From Selaginella moellendorffii (Eukaryota > Plantae > Lycopodiophyta): a DNA stretch of 64,000 nucleotides. Positions 13,901 through 24,178 of this stretch are shown piece by piece (position 1 is the stretch's first letter; every line of letters starts with the position of its first letter). Position numbers and translations under genes: made by a program. Under the pieces are notes generated by a model that saw only the letters and a list, made by a program, of their open reading frames with translations, was not told the DNA's origin and searched no databases. Where the stretch lies: assembly GCF_000143415.4 (NCBI RefSeq), contig NW_003314274.1, positions 1,250,356-1,314,355 of the forward strand. The letters run 5' to 3'.

Positions 13901-16375
13901 CTTGCCAATTGTATTCTTGAACTTGTGTTGGTCGGAAACTTCTTGAGATTTTCTTGCTTGTCAATGTTGATATTTTAGTTTGTCCTTGTTGGGATTGGAT
14001 ACATATCTCATGTTCCATCCAATACTAAGTAGAAACAACTTTGTTAAGCCAAGGTCTGCCTAACAAAATTTCGTAAGAAGATTCTTCAATCGGCATCTTT
14101 AACACAACAAAGTTAACTTTAAATTTATGTCCTTTGATTGTCATAGAGACATCACGAATGATGCCTACTGGTCTGACAACTCTTTGATCAGCCATGCATA
14201 CATTGAATGGTGCAGCTTGTATATTGCCCAATCCTAAAGCTTTGCATAGTGCATATTCGATGATATTAACCCCAGAACCTCCATCAAGGATAGCTCTTTC
14301 AATATGAGTTTTGCCGATGTGTACGTTGATACAAGGTACATTATCATCATAATCACCAGGTTGGATTCTGTCAACTTGTTCTTGTTGTGTTGGTTGGGAT
14401 TGGTGTTTTTCTTGTGTGCGAGCTGCAGGGATCCTTCGATTACAGATCTTCAAGATTTGGTATTTCAAATATGGTGCTATTTGCAATATTTGTTGTAGGG
14501 TTAAAGTAATTCCCTGCTGTAGTATGTGCTCAGCAATGGTTGTATGCTCATCTTGAGTAAAGTTTAATACTTGAGTTTGGTCGTCTTGATTGTATATTTG
14601 ATCATTAATAATTTCGGGATCTTTGTTTTGAAGCTCTTGTTGAATGGTGTTAAGTATTTTCTTACTCTTTTTCCACTCGGTATTCTTGATTTCTATCGTG
14701 TGATCACTTTCATCTTGTTCTTCAGGGTTATCAGGTTGTTGACATTCATATTGTGTTCTTGTGATTGCTAAAACTTCTGGTTCCTCAGTCCTTAGTTGTT
14801 CGTCATCTTCTACATCAACTTCTGCTTGAATTACTCGTGCTGCTGGTGGTCCTCCAGCAAGAGCTTGATTGACTCTTTGGTTTTGTGGATTGTATTGTTG
14901 TCGAATTGGATTTTCTTGTGGTTGATTTTGTCTTGGTTGATAATGCTGTTGCGATGCTTGATTGTTGTAATTGTTATATTGCCTTTGTTGGCTTTGGTTG
15001 TAGTTGTTCCATTGTGGACGTTGATAATTGTTTTGGTGTCCATTGTATCGTTGTTGGTTGTAATTGCTTCTATAATCATTCTGTTCTTGATTATAGTTTT
15101 GATTTTGTGGGGGATTATATCCATGATTATATCCTTGATTATATTGTTGATTATCTTGATAATAATAGTTTTTTGGTGGTCTTTGTTCTTGAGTGTTGTT
15201 TCCTTGATAATTTTGTCGTGGTGTTCCTTGTTGTACATTTTCCACTCTTGAAACTTCAGTGGTATTCCTATACCGACAATTCTTGGCTATATGTCCTTCT
15301 CTATCACAAATCTGACATTTTGGTAATTGGAATTTACAATCTGAAACAGAATGTCCTTCATTTTGCATTTTGTACAAAAGACTCCTTGTTTAAGTTCTGT
15401 TGAAGCTAACTTCTTCAATACATGTCTAATGTCTTTTCCCTGTGTCTGTTTCTTTTTGGTCCTAATTAGTATTTCTTCCTCTTCATCATCTGAGTCATCA
15501 TTAACATGAGAAGATTCACCTTTAGTGAACTGCCTAAACCGTTTCTCAAGTTTTAAGATTCCTTGAGACAGTGCATCAACACTTTCTTCATCTGGTGTAT
15601 CAGCCAATGCAATCATGTTACGATAGGCTTCTCACAATCCTTGTATATAAGACAAACTCTTGCCTTTGTCGGTGATGAGATCTTTACATTTCTTTGCATG
15701 TAATTTGAATCGTCTAGTATAGTCTTGAATTCCTTCCTTTGGTCGCTGTTTTATATTCTTGATGTGCTCATAATGCTCCTCTGGTGTTCCCCCAGCTGGG
15801 AATTGTTCCTTGAATTGTTCAAGTTTCTCGTCATGTCGTACAGAATCCTCTAGTGTATGATACCACTCAAGAGCTTTTCCTTTAAGTGTGTATGGGAAAA
15901 GTATGGCTTGATGTTGTTCTTGATTGTTCATTTTAACAATCTGGTTGAATTGCTTTACATGTAATTCTGAATCTTCGGACTTACTTCCTGTGAAAATTGG
16001 ATATGTAACCATGCTTCCAATTGTACTCATCGGATTAATGATTGCCATAGGTGGTTGTAGACTTTGTTGGTTAAGTTGTTGTTCTGGTGAGTCCGGATTT
16101 GAGTAATCTGGTGCTGTGTATTCTGCTTCTTCAAATGCCTCAAACTCTGGGGCGTCTTTGATATTCAGTTCCTTGTTATCTTTAACTGGGTTGCTCGACT
16201 CAGCAACTTGAATTTGTTTATCCTCTTTGTCATACTTGTTTAAAATTGTTTCTAAAATTTGTTGCTGTTGTTGTTCTAATTTCTCTTTTTCTACCTCTTC
16301 CTTTTTCACTTCTCGATTCTTTTGTCGAAGATCTCTTTCCCAGATCTTGATTGGGTCTGGTTTCTGTTTGTTCAT
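10921..16375 (-). pseudogene. gag-pol polyprotein of the Athila/Selgy-like element, disrupted
   Basis: Gag LFPYTLKGKALEWY, two CCHC knuckles, protease LDGGSG, RT FMDD and MPFGLTN, RNase H DASDYALG, integrase HHCC and DDE. In-frame stops at ~15632, 14025, 12951 and 11907; frameshift near 15377. Confidence 0.9.
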
Positions 16376-17000
16376 TCAGTTTGCTAAGTCTTCTCAACTT
16401 AAATGTCGAGGTAAGTTTCCTGAAGTTGTGTTTCGCCTAAATTGTCTTGAGTCAATTGTTGTTCTTCATAGATTGCAAAGTCAAGCTCTTACGTCTTGAG
16501 TCTTCTGCAAATTTAGTTTTGTTGTATAAATACGAAGTCAAGCTCTTGTGTCTTGAGTCTTCAATCGAGTTTTTCTTTCTTTCTCGATTCTTCCCGAGTT
16601 TCTTCTCGAGGTCACTTTCCTGAGTCTAGCTTAGGAAAGGTCTTGTATTTGAAAAATCAGATGGTGTAAGTATGCACTATTTTGTTTGTTGGAAGGAGGT
16701 CTGTGTTGTCATAAATTGATTGATTTAACTGTTCGCTGGTAAATTTTGGATACTGCTCACCAACTTTGGGATCGAGCAGGTATGCAAATGTTTGCAATTC
16801 TCTCTAGTAGTCCAATCTTGAATAATTGTTTTCTTATAGTGTGTTGGTTGTTTTGGAATGCAAGCTCTCACTACAAGCTATTATGTTTTCCAATCGTTGG
16901 TAAGATTTGAAGATGCTAAATACAGCAGTGGTATTTTTAATGCCTTGATTCTTGTTGCTGTAAGCCTATGTGTGCGCAATTCTATCTAATGCGCTTTTCT

Positions 17001-18209
17001 CTATGGTCGATGTTGTGATGGTGCATTTCCCTGAGGCCGTTCTTGCCGGTCTTGTTCTACTTCCCTCTGTTGTATAGCACGTTCTCTTCCACGATCAGAG
17101 TCTATCACTTCACGAACTTCCCAAGGTATAGTCTCAATTAATATTCTTGCATTGTAAGTTTGTAATCTTGACACAGGATCTCTTAAAATACTCCTTAAAA
17201 TGTTGAAATTTCTTAAACGCACTCTTCCTTGTTGGTTGTGAGTGATATATATTTCTAAGCTGGGGTTTCGACGTTGGACCTCAGTGTCAAAGTTGAAGTT
17301 TGTTACTGTATTTAATATTGGCCTATTGTGATTCTGTCTTAAATTTCTCCTCCTTCAACTTGTTATCCTCGAGTTTCCAAGTCGTTCCCTTGAACTTGAC
17401 TCAAGTTCAGGTTCCCGTCGGTTTCTTAATCTCGAATTCCGAATTTGATTTTGTTGATGGCCTTGTTCTTGATTCCTTAATTCTCCAGCTATCCTTGTCC
17501 GTCCTAAACGATGCCAATATGCTATAGTGTATAGTTCGTTAAGGGTGCTTGTTGGTAGAGTTACACCCAGAGGACTTTGAAGAAGTCGATAAAGTAATTT
17601 TGCATTCTCTTCAAAATCCCTAAATCTAAGTGTGTCAACAAACCAACAAACTTGTGGTTCAATGGTTCCACACTCTGTTGCTGCTATAACTCTCGTCAAA
17701 TCAGTGTTGAAAACAAACGTTAATGGTTGAAAAGTTTCACGTTTATGTACGCCTAGAAATTCGATAATTATCTGTTGAAAGATGTGTCCACGATACACCC
17801 AAGTTAGGGTTCTTCGAGTTGCAAAGAAATCGAAGTAAACATGTTTTTCTTTCAACATTTCCTCATTTTCGCATTCTTCCTATTTGCTAGACAATTTGTA
17901 AAAGAGTCGCAAAAGTGTTTCTTGAAGTTTTTGAAAGCAACCAAAACTTTGTTTCTCTTCTTTTTCTAAACTATCGTTACTCTTTTTAGTGTCATCTTCT
18001 TGAGCTATTTCTTCCTGTTTCTTTCTCTCTTCTACTGTAGCACTCTCATCCCTGATTCGGAGTCTTTCTTTCACTTGCTTGCAAATGTTGCATTGCCATT
18101 TTGGATAGCATTGCTTGTATGGTTTTGCACAATTTCTGAAACCACACAAAAGGCAATCCTCGTATCTTGTACAGCTTGTGTCTCCAAATGGGCAGTTGTG
18201 CTTTTTCAT
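17001..18209 (-). CDS. Extra 5' ORF upstream of gag, Cys-rich N-terminus, unknown function
   Basis: ORFs 17880-18209 and 17355-17858 are in frame across one TAG; a further ORF lies at 17001-17222. All sit between PBS and gag. Confidence 0.55.
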
Positions 18210-18701
18210 TCTTCCTCCATCGCTAGCCGCTAGAATTTTTCTTTGGTCGTTTCTTTGTCGTAGATTCTTGATATATTCGTTTTCTTCAACTTCTCGCTAA
18301 AAGCGATTACGCTCACACTCCAAGTTTTCTGCGACTTGGGTGGCTTCAATCTTCAAGTGTTCTTCATGTTTTCATGCTCGTTAACACTTGCTTGCTCTGA
18401 TTTCTTGACGGAGATTCTTCAAATATTCTAATGTGCAGAATATTATTCGTCATCAACCTCTCACCAAGAGGCGGTTATGGAGGATGCTTGGACTTTCTGA
18501 GAAGTGGACGATCACTAGATGATCATAGTCTTCAAGCGCTTGGTCTCTAGCATGTTTGCCATGCTTCTTGCTGTAGATTTTTGTCGATTTTCTTCTTTTT
18601 GTTTCTTTTTGACTTTTCCCTTGATTCTTGACTTCGGCTTTTTTTTTAGTTGTGGCTAAGGCTTCCAGTATTTGTTCTTTGGGTGCTCTTCACTTCGCCT
18701 A

Positions 18702-18718
18702 TCCCACCGTGGTCGCAA
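18702..18718 (-). promoter_or_regulatory. Primer-binding site, tRNA-Arg-like
   Basis: Minus strand reads TTGCGACCACGGTGGGA 3 nt after the 5' LTR (one mismatch to TGGCGACCACGGTGGGA). Confidence 0.65.
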
Positions 18719-18721
18719 AAG

Positions 18722-19125
18722 TGGTGAAACTACAAAATCACCTCTACAATGATCTTGTGAATCCTCTCTAATCTAAACTAGATCCAAACATAAAAAGGAA
18801 AGAAATACTTAGCCATGTGCTGTCGCAAAGATGTTGATGCTGAGATTGATGCACATCTCACAGCCTTGATCCCCAGAAGGTAGTGAGTAAGATAGGCATG
18901 GAAGAGAAGAGTAGATGTTGAACAAGTGGAGTGTATATTATTATGGCCAAGGATATAAAAGACAGAAAGGGGATAGGTCTGGCGTGCTATCACTAGCCTA
19001 TATAACCACTACATGCCCAGTCATCCAAATCAAGAATTTAGACCGGGAGAAATCCTGATCTCAATTCCTGACTCAGGAAATGCCTTTGTGCGAAAATCAC
19101 GATGCAAAATGCATGTACCTCTCTA
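18722..19125 (-). repeat. 5' LTR of the 8800-19125 element
   Basis: Direct repeat of 8800-9203, followed by PBS on the minus strand. Confidence 0.93.
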
Positions 19126-19499
19126 CTCCTCTTAATATTCCTCCAAATCCCAGCCCATCTATGAGAAAACTTTGATGGTCTTCCATCATTCCAAAAGGAG
19201 GAGATGATGTGAGGTATAAATATATGGCTACAATTTCATATACTAATATTAGTGTAACAGGATTTTTGGTTTTAATTTAGACCACTTGCAATTGTATATA
19301 AGCTAGATTTTTTGGCTAATTGATATACATATTTCCTGTATTCTCTTTTCATATTCCATGCATTCTCATTTTTAAATTAAGATATTTATTTTCCTTAAAA
19401 ACATCTAAAACATTCCAGCTTTAGTAAAATATTTTATTACTAATTTGCGACAACAATTTCATTAACAAATAAAACTTCTAAATAATATGAATGTGTTAT

Positions 19500-20000
19500 A
19501 AAATCAGCATGGAAAAATTCAGTAATGAGGGAATTCAACATGGAGGACTTCAGCATTGCTCATATATTCTATGATATTAACATTGCAAATCATCCATGAG
19601 CCTACTGAAGAATCCTAAAAACAAAGTAAAACTTATAGAAATGAGCAAAACATGGAGATTATGATACATTTTTTACTTTTGAAATGACTTTTATTAATAT
19701 AGGTAGTTCCTGGAAATAAAATCAATTTCACTGAATAGAGAGTCTCAAATGTTCTACCATTAGGTGGGCAACAATAAACATTCATTTAATAAAAAAGAAT
19801 GCTTATTCAACTAAGCTTGTATTTCCTCCCCAGCCAGATATTAAGCTTGCTGATTCTAAGTTTTGGATAATTAAATATCCAAAAGAGTTGATTCAAAAAG
19901 TAATTTTCTTGACTACAAGAAAGGTAAGTAAAGCTTTCTCATCTAGGATAATTTCTTCCTTTTATCTATACAGATATAGCTATAGGGAGCAGAAATAAAG
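19500..20000 (+). pseudogene. Possible Helitron Rep relic
   Basis: Frameshifted EFQHGGLxHAHI-like sequence (~19530-19570) resembles the Helitron HUH motif EFQxRGLPHxH. Confidence 0.35.
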
Positions 20001-20236
20001 CCAGGAAAATTCAAGTTTTCAATCTAGTCACAATCATGAGTTACTAATTTCAAGTTAGTCTTTTCATATTCTTTTATATTATTAAAGTAGCTAATAGAGC
20101 TATCAAATTTAAATTATAATCTCAAAATTGAAAAAAGGTTTGATCTTTCTCTTGTTTATTTATATATATTATTTTCTTAAGTAGGGTTTAGGTATTTCTC
20201 AAAATGATTATGAGTATTATAATGTTGTTAAGAAGT

Positions 20237-20629
20237 TGTAAACAATAAAAAAGAATGACTTGATAAATGATCCATAAAGGCTTATATATTAAAAAAAATA
20301 TCCATGACTAAAAGTGCACCTTTTTTTCCAATTAGTTAAGGATTTTGAGATATTTAGGGTTAAATATCTTTAAATGGAAGTCTATAAAAGTTTACATTTG
20401 GTATTAAAGAAGTCTCAATTTTAACTCTAGTGCTTAGCTATAGGTGACCTTTTAAGAAATCCATAAAAGTTTACATTTGGTATCAAAGAGATTCTAACTT
20501 TATTAGTTGGCTATTACATATTGAGTTTGGCATTTGTAGTTTGCCTCCAGCTAGACTCAACTCGAGGTGTAGGGTATCAAGAGAGCAGGGCTATTTAGAA
20601 AGCTATAGCTCTTAATTTTATTCATAAAG
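20237..20629 (+). mobile_element. Decayed Cassandra TRIM, left part (split by the Sola-like transposon)
   Basis: Eroded match to 4694-5050 including LTR, tggtatca-type PBS and internal region; breaks at ttcatAAAG. Confidence 0.8.
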
Positions 20630-20656
20630 AAGCTCTATTTCGTTAAAGTGGGATTT
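20630..20656 (+). repeat. Left terminal inverted repeat
   Basis: AAGCTCTATTTCGTTAAAGTGGGATTT. Confidence 0.88.
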
Positions 20657-21355
20657 ATTCAGTAAAATGGGACTAGGTACAAATTTTCAAGTATTTGAAA
20701 ATGACGTGAAATTATATGTTTTTTGTCCAGGGGCTAGACATATCTGGGGCATGGTGACTAGCGCGGTGACTTTGTGTCCAGACTGAGTCCATCTGGTTGT
20801 ATAATAAATCTCATTGTCAAGGTGAACAAGCCGAATCTGAAGCTAAAGAAGAGCGATGGCATGCGCGCACACACTATTTGTTTGTTCATTGAGCGTGTGG
20901 TGAGCTTTCCAAGATGAACGTCATTCCTATTAGCCAGACATATAACTTAATGGTGAGAACATTTAGATATTATTCAATGTTATCTTTTTCTAACGAATCT
21001 AATTGTGAAGGTGTAGCAAGAGGCATTGCTAGTCTGGAGAAGTCATTTAACTCATTTGACCCTTAGTGTATTTTCATGAAACTAAATAACATTCATATTA
21101 TTAAGGAATTTCTCTAGTACCTTTTTTTTACGACATAGAGGCTTGCATTTCTTTCAAAGGTGATTTAGTAAAAGGCCTGAGGGCACATGCCATTCTATTT
21201 CTCAGACCGGTATAAAGATATACTAGTGCAAAGGGAAAAAGGTATTTGGTGATCAAGTAAATGGCATGAGGGCACACGCCATTATAAGCCTAAGCACTAG
21301 TGGACACCTCCTTTTTGGTGTCACGCCTCATGCCTCACGCCATCACGCCATGCCA

Positions 21356-22628
21356 TCACGCCTCCTCTAATTCAGATTCGGATTGTTCACCTTGAAATAA
21401 AATACATTAGAAACTTAGTAAAGGAATATTAATGAATCTCACCTTGAACCCGGGTTATGAATGCTCTTGCTGCATCTCTTGCATGGTCTGGCAAGGTGAT
21501 GGTAGCACTCTGCTTCCGCATCCAACCATGCACAACATTATCCACCGATATGCTCATGCTGGGATCCCTTGGATTCAGCACCCATCTCTTTTCTAGGCAA
21601 TCCTTCATATATCCGGAACTTGGCTTGAACCACTCCACAGTTACATTGAAGGAGTTAGTTTCCGCATCCTCCTCTGCATCAGTGATCAGTGATGCAGCGC
21701 CCCACCCATATCATTTGTTTTTTATTACTGGGTCTGACAAGCACGACCATTCCTTTGCAGACCTGTACTGGATTGAATGCTGAATCCGGCTTCTTGTTCC
21801 TCGGCCCACAATAGTGATCCTCAACATCGTTATCTGTCACTGCATTTCCAGAGGACATTGTTCCGCTACTATCTGGTGCTTTGGGTTCTGGCCAAAAGGA
21901 CTCTTCCAATTCTTCATATACAACTGGCCCATTTTGGATAGCAGATATAATCTTCTCCCAGTATTCGAGCAAAGGCTTGCACCTCTTAAAATAGGATTCT
22001 CCACCAAACACCAACCCCCTCTTCCAGAAGGCAATATGCTGTCTAATCCCGGCCACTATACTTTCCTGGTCTTTGAGTCCATCCGGGTGCATCGGCCGTG
22101 GGGAACCCTGAGGAATCATAGGTTCCCCAGTTATGGGATCTCTCTTGAAGAGTTCAATGCCATCCACTGGCAGCCACACTGTGTCCCATTCTCTCATCTT
22201 GTACCTCATCACTGGAGCACCGTCACGCATGCTGAAATGAAACTGAAGAGGCTTGGAGTGGCCAATCAGCGTTTCGGATCCGTCCCTGATGTAGCCTCTT
22301 ACAAACCCCTTAAAGTCTGGAACCTCTGTCACAAGTGCAGCTTCAACAGTGCCTTTGATGCAATTTTGGAATTCATCGTAGAGTTGTGGGAGGGTGAGGA
22401 CATTGGATCGCCGGAGGGACTCTGCCAGGTGACTGAACATGGCATTGACGTCTTCATGAGTGTGCCCAACCATGAGAAAGCCAAGTGTAACCGTTTCAAA
22501 TATGCTTTTGGCAACAAGCATCGCTAAGTACGCGAAGACGTACATGTTTTTGTTCTCACTGCCAGCATTGTCTGTTTGGAGCAGAAGATGGGGTGGAAGG
22601 CCACATCGGCCGCAAGAACTTCCTTGAG
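21356..22628 (-). pseudogene. Sola-like DDD transposase, C-terminal part (catalytic core and Tudor/SH3-like tail)
   Basis: LQTDNAGSENKN...FLMVGHTHEDVNAMFS. A 7-bp duplication (21678-21691) frameshifts the tail. Predicted last intron 21391-21442 and stop at 21356. Confidence 0.8.
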
Positions 22629-23775
22629 TGTAAGCCACAAATTTTTCCTTTCCAATTTGCCAGCTTACCTCGCCTATCCGACCAACTCCGCCTTGGCTTG
22701 TGCTAAGTTCCCTCGCCAAGGTTCTCGCCTTTGGTGCCAGCTCCTACTTGGTTTCAACTACTTACTGCACGAGCAACGGAGTGTTAGCCATCCATCTACG
22801 GATTCCCAAATCTCTCCCAATCCCCCTCCCCGGGTTAGACTGGACTTAAGGTTCGGCTACACTCCCCGCAGGCACAAGCAGCCAAGCACACCAAGCCTCC
22901 AGATTCCTAACACCCCAAGGTATCACAAGGCTTGATCATGGGACCCTCTAAATCCCAAGCCTTGGGTGCAGCACTTGCTTCGGGACGTCGGGGCGAAACA
23001 CCGTGGCCTAACGGCCCGGTATGGGTACCTCTACCCCCCCTCTTCCATCCCGAAGGAAAGGCCCAAGCCCCCGGAAGGGCGAGGACCAATGAGCCACAAG
23101 GTACTCAAGTGGGGCACCACTCCACCTGAGCCGGGAGCACCGCAATCGGTTTCCCTTTCGGGAGTGGGAGCTGCTCTTGAGCACTTCCTTGGATGGCCCC
23201 TCCGGCACCAGCCAAGTCCATGCTCACTCCCACCCAAGGCCCCTCGGTCCCAGTCCCAACCTCAAGTCGGTTTGGAAGCCCAACTGGAGAGTCCCTTCTA
23301 AACTGGTTCCTGGACCTCACTATCCCTACTATACTTTTGGAACCCCCTGCAGCCCCCCCCCCCCTGGGAGACGCACGCTTTGGGCTTCACCCCTTGACCC
23401 GTATTAGTATTTGGACTTAGTCTCTGGCTCGATCTCGGACCCGATTTCGGATCCGACTTCGGATTCGGGTTCGGACTCGATCACGGACTCGATCTCGGAC
23501 CCGATCTCGGACCCGACCTCGGACTCGACCTCGGACTCGGTCTCGGACCCGATTTCGGATCCGGACTCCGTCTCGAACTCGGTCTCGAACTCGGACTCGA
23601 ACTCGGTCCCCGAGTCGGTCTCGGATTCGATTCCGGACTCTATCTCGAACTCGGTCCTAGAGTCGGTCTTGGACTTGATCCTCGACTTGGTCCCATCCGA
23701 TGAACTCTTTGTCACTTCGGTCAAGCTTTTGGGGATCCTTTAGCCTACGACATCTCGGGGAGTCGGTTCCTTACA
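22629..23775 (-). repeat. 3' LTR of chromovirus
   Basis: Direct repeat of 29011-30157. Confidence 0.96.
23410..23700. repeat. CpG-rich degenerate hexamer (TCGGAC-like) tandem array in the LTR; also at 29792-30082 and 56575-56850
   Basis: 6-bp periodic tcggac/tcgaac/tcgatc units. Confidence 0.9.
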
Positions 23776-24178
23776 ACTCCACCACCCATAGAAGAAGTTC
23801 GATGCCCACATCGAACGTCTCGTTTTATCCTACGACTTGTTGTCCATGTCTCCGGGGGCATCCCCCCACTTAGCGGTGTGCCTAAGTTAGCCTCCCCGGC
23901 CAAGAGCCCATGACAACGGAATATAGGTGTCCCTATATTCCTCACCTCACCACGCCCTAGTATAGGGTCGGGACTTGAACCCAGCCTTGCTTTACTAGGG
24001 GGTTGGGACTCGAACCCAACCTCCGTAGAATACGTCTACGGATTCGACATCCCCGCAGGGAGTCGGGCGTAGTGCCCTACGCCTGGTCGACCTATCCAAC
24101 CCATGCTAATTAGCTTACCTTTGGCGCGCCTTCGGGTCCCAACATATGCCATTTGCTCAACTTTGCAAATTGATATTT

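Larger units (their letters stand above)
8800..19125 (-). mobile_element. Full-length non-chromovirus Ty3/Gypsy (Athila/Selgy-like) LTR retrotransposon with extra 5' and 3' ORFs
   Basis: 404-bp LTRs, TSD CTCCT (8795-8799 / 19126-19130), tRNA-Arg-type PBS, gag-PR-RT-RH-INT on the minus strand with WGLDFVGP integrase. No chromodomain and no additional archaeal-type RNase H seen. Confidence 0.92.

Noticed and set aside
14796-15403. Hydrophobic plus-strand ORFs
   Set aside because: Antisense shadows of the Q/N-rich gag region.
23404-23743. Ser/Glu/Asp-rich ORFs (also 29786-30125, 56571-56886)
   Set aside because: By-products of the stop-free hexamer repeat within LTRs; open on both strands.
23964-24024. 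tRNA genes
   Set aside because: Only T-arm-like hairpins; no D arm, anticodon arm or acceptor stem is visible.
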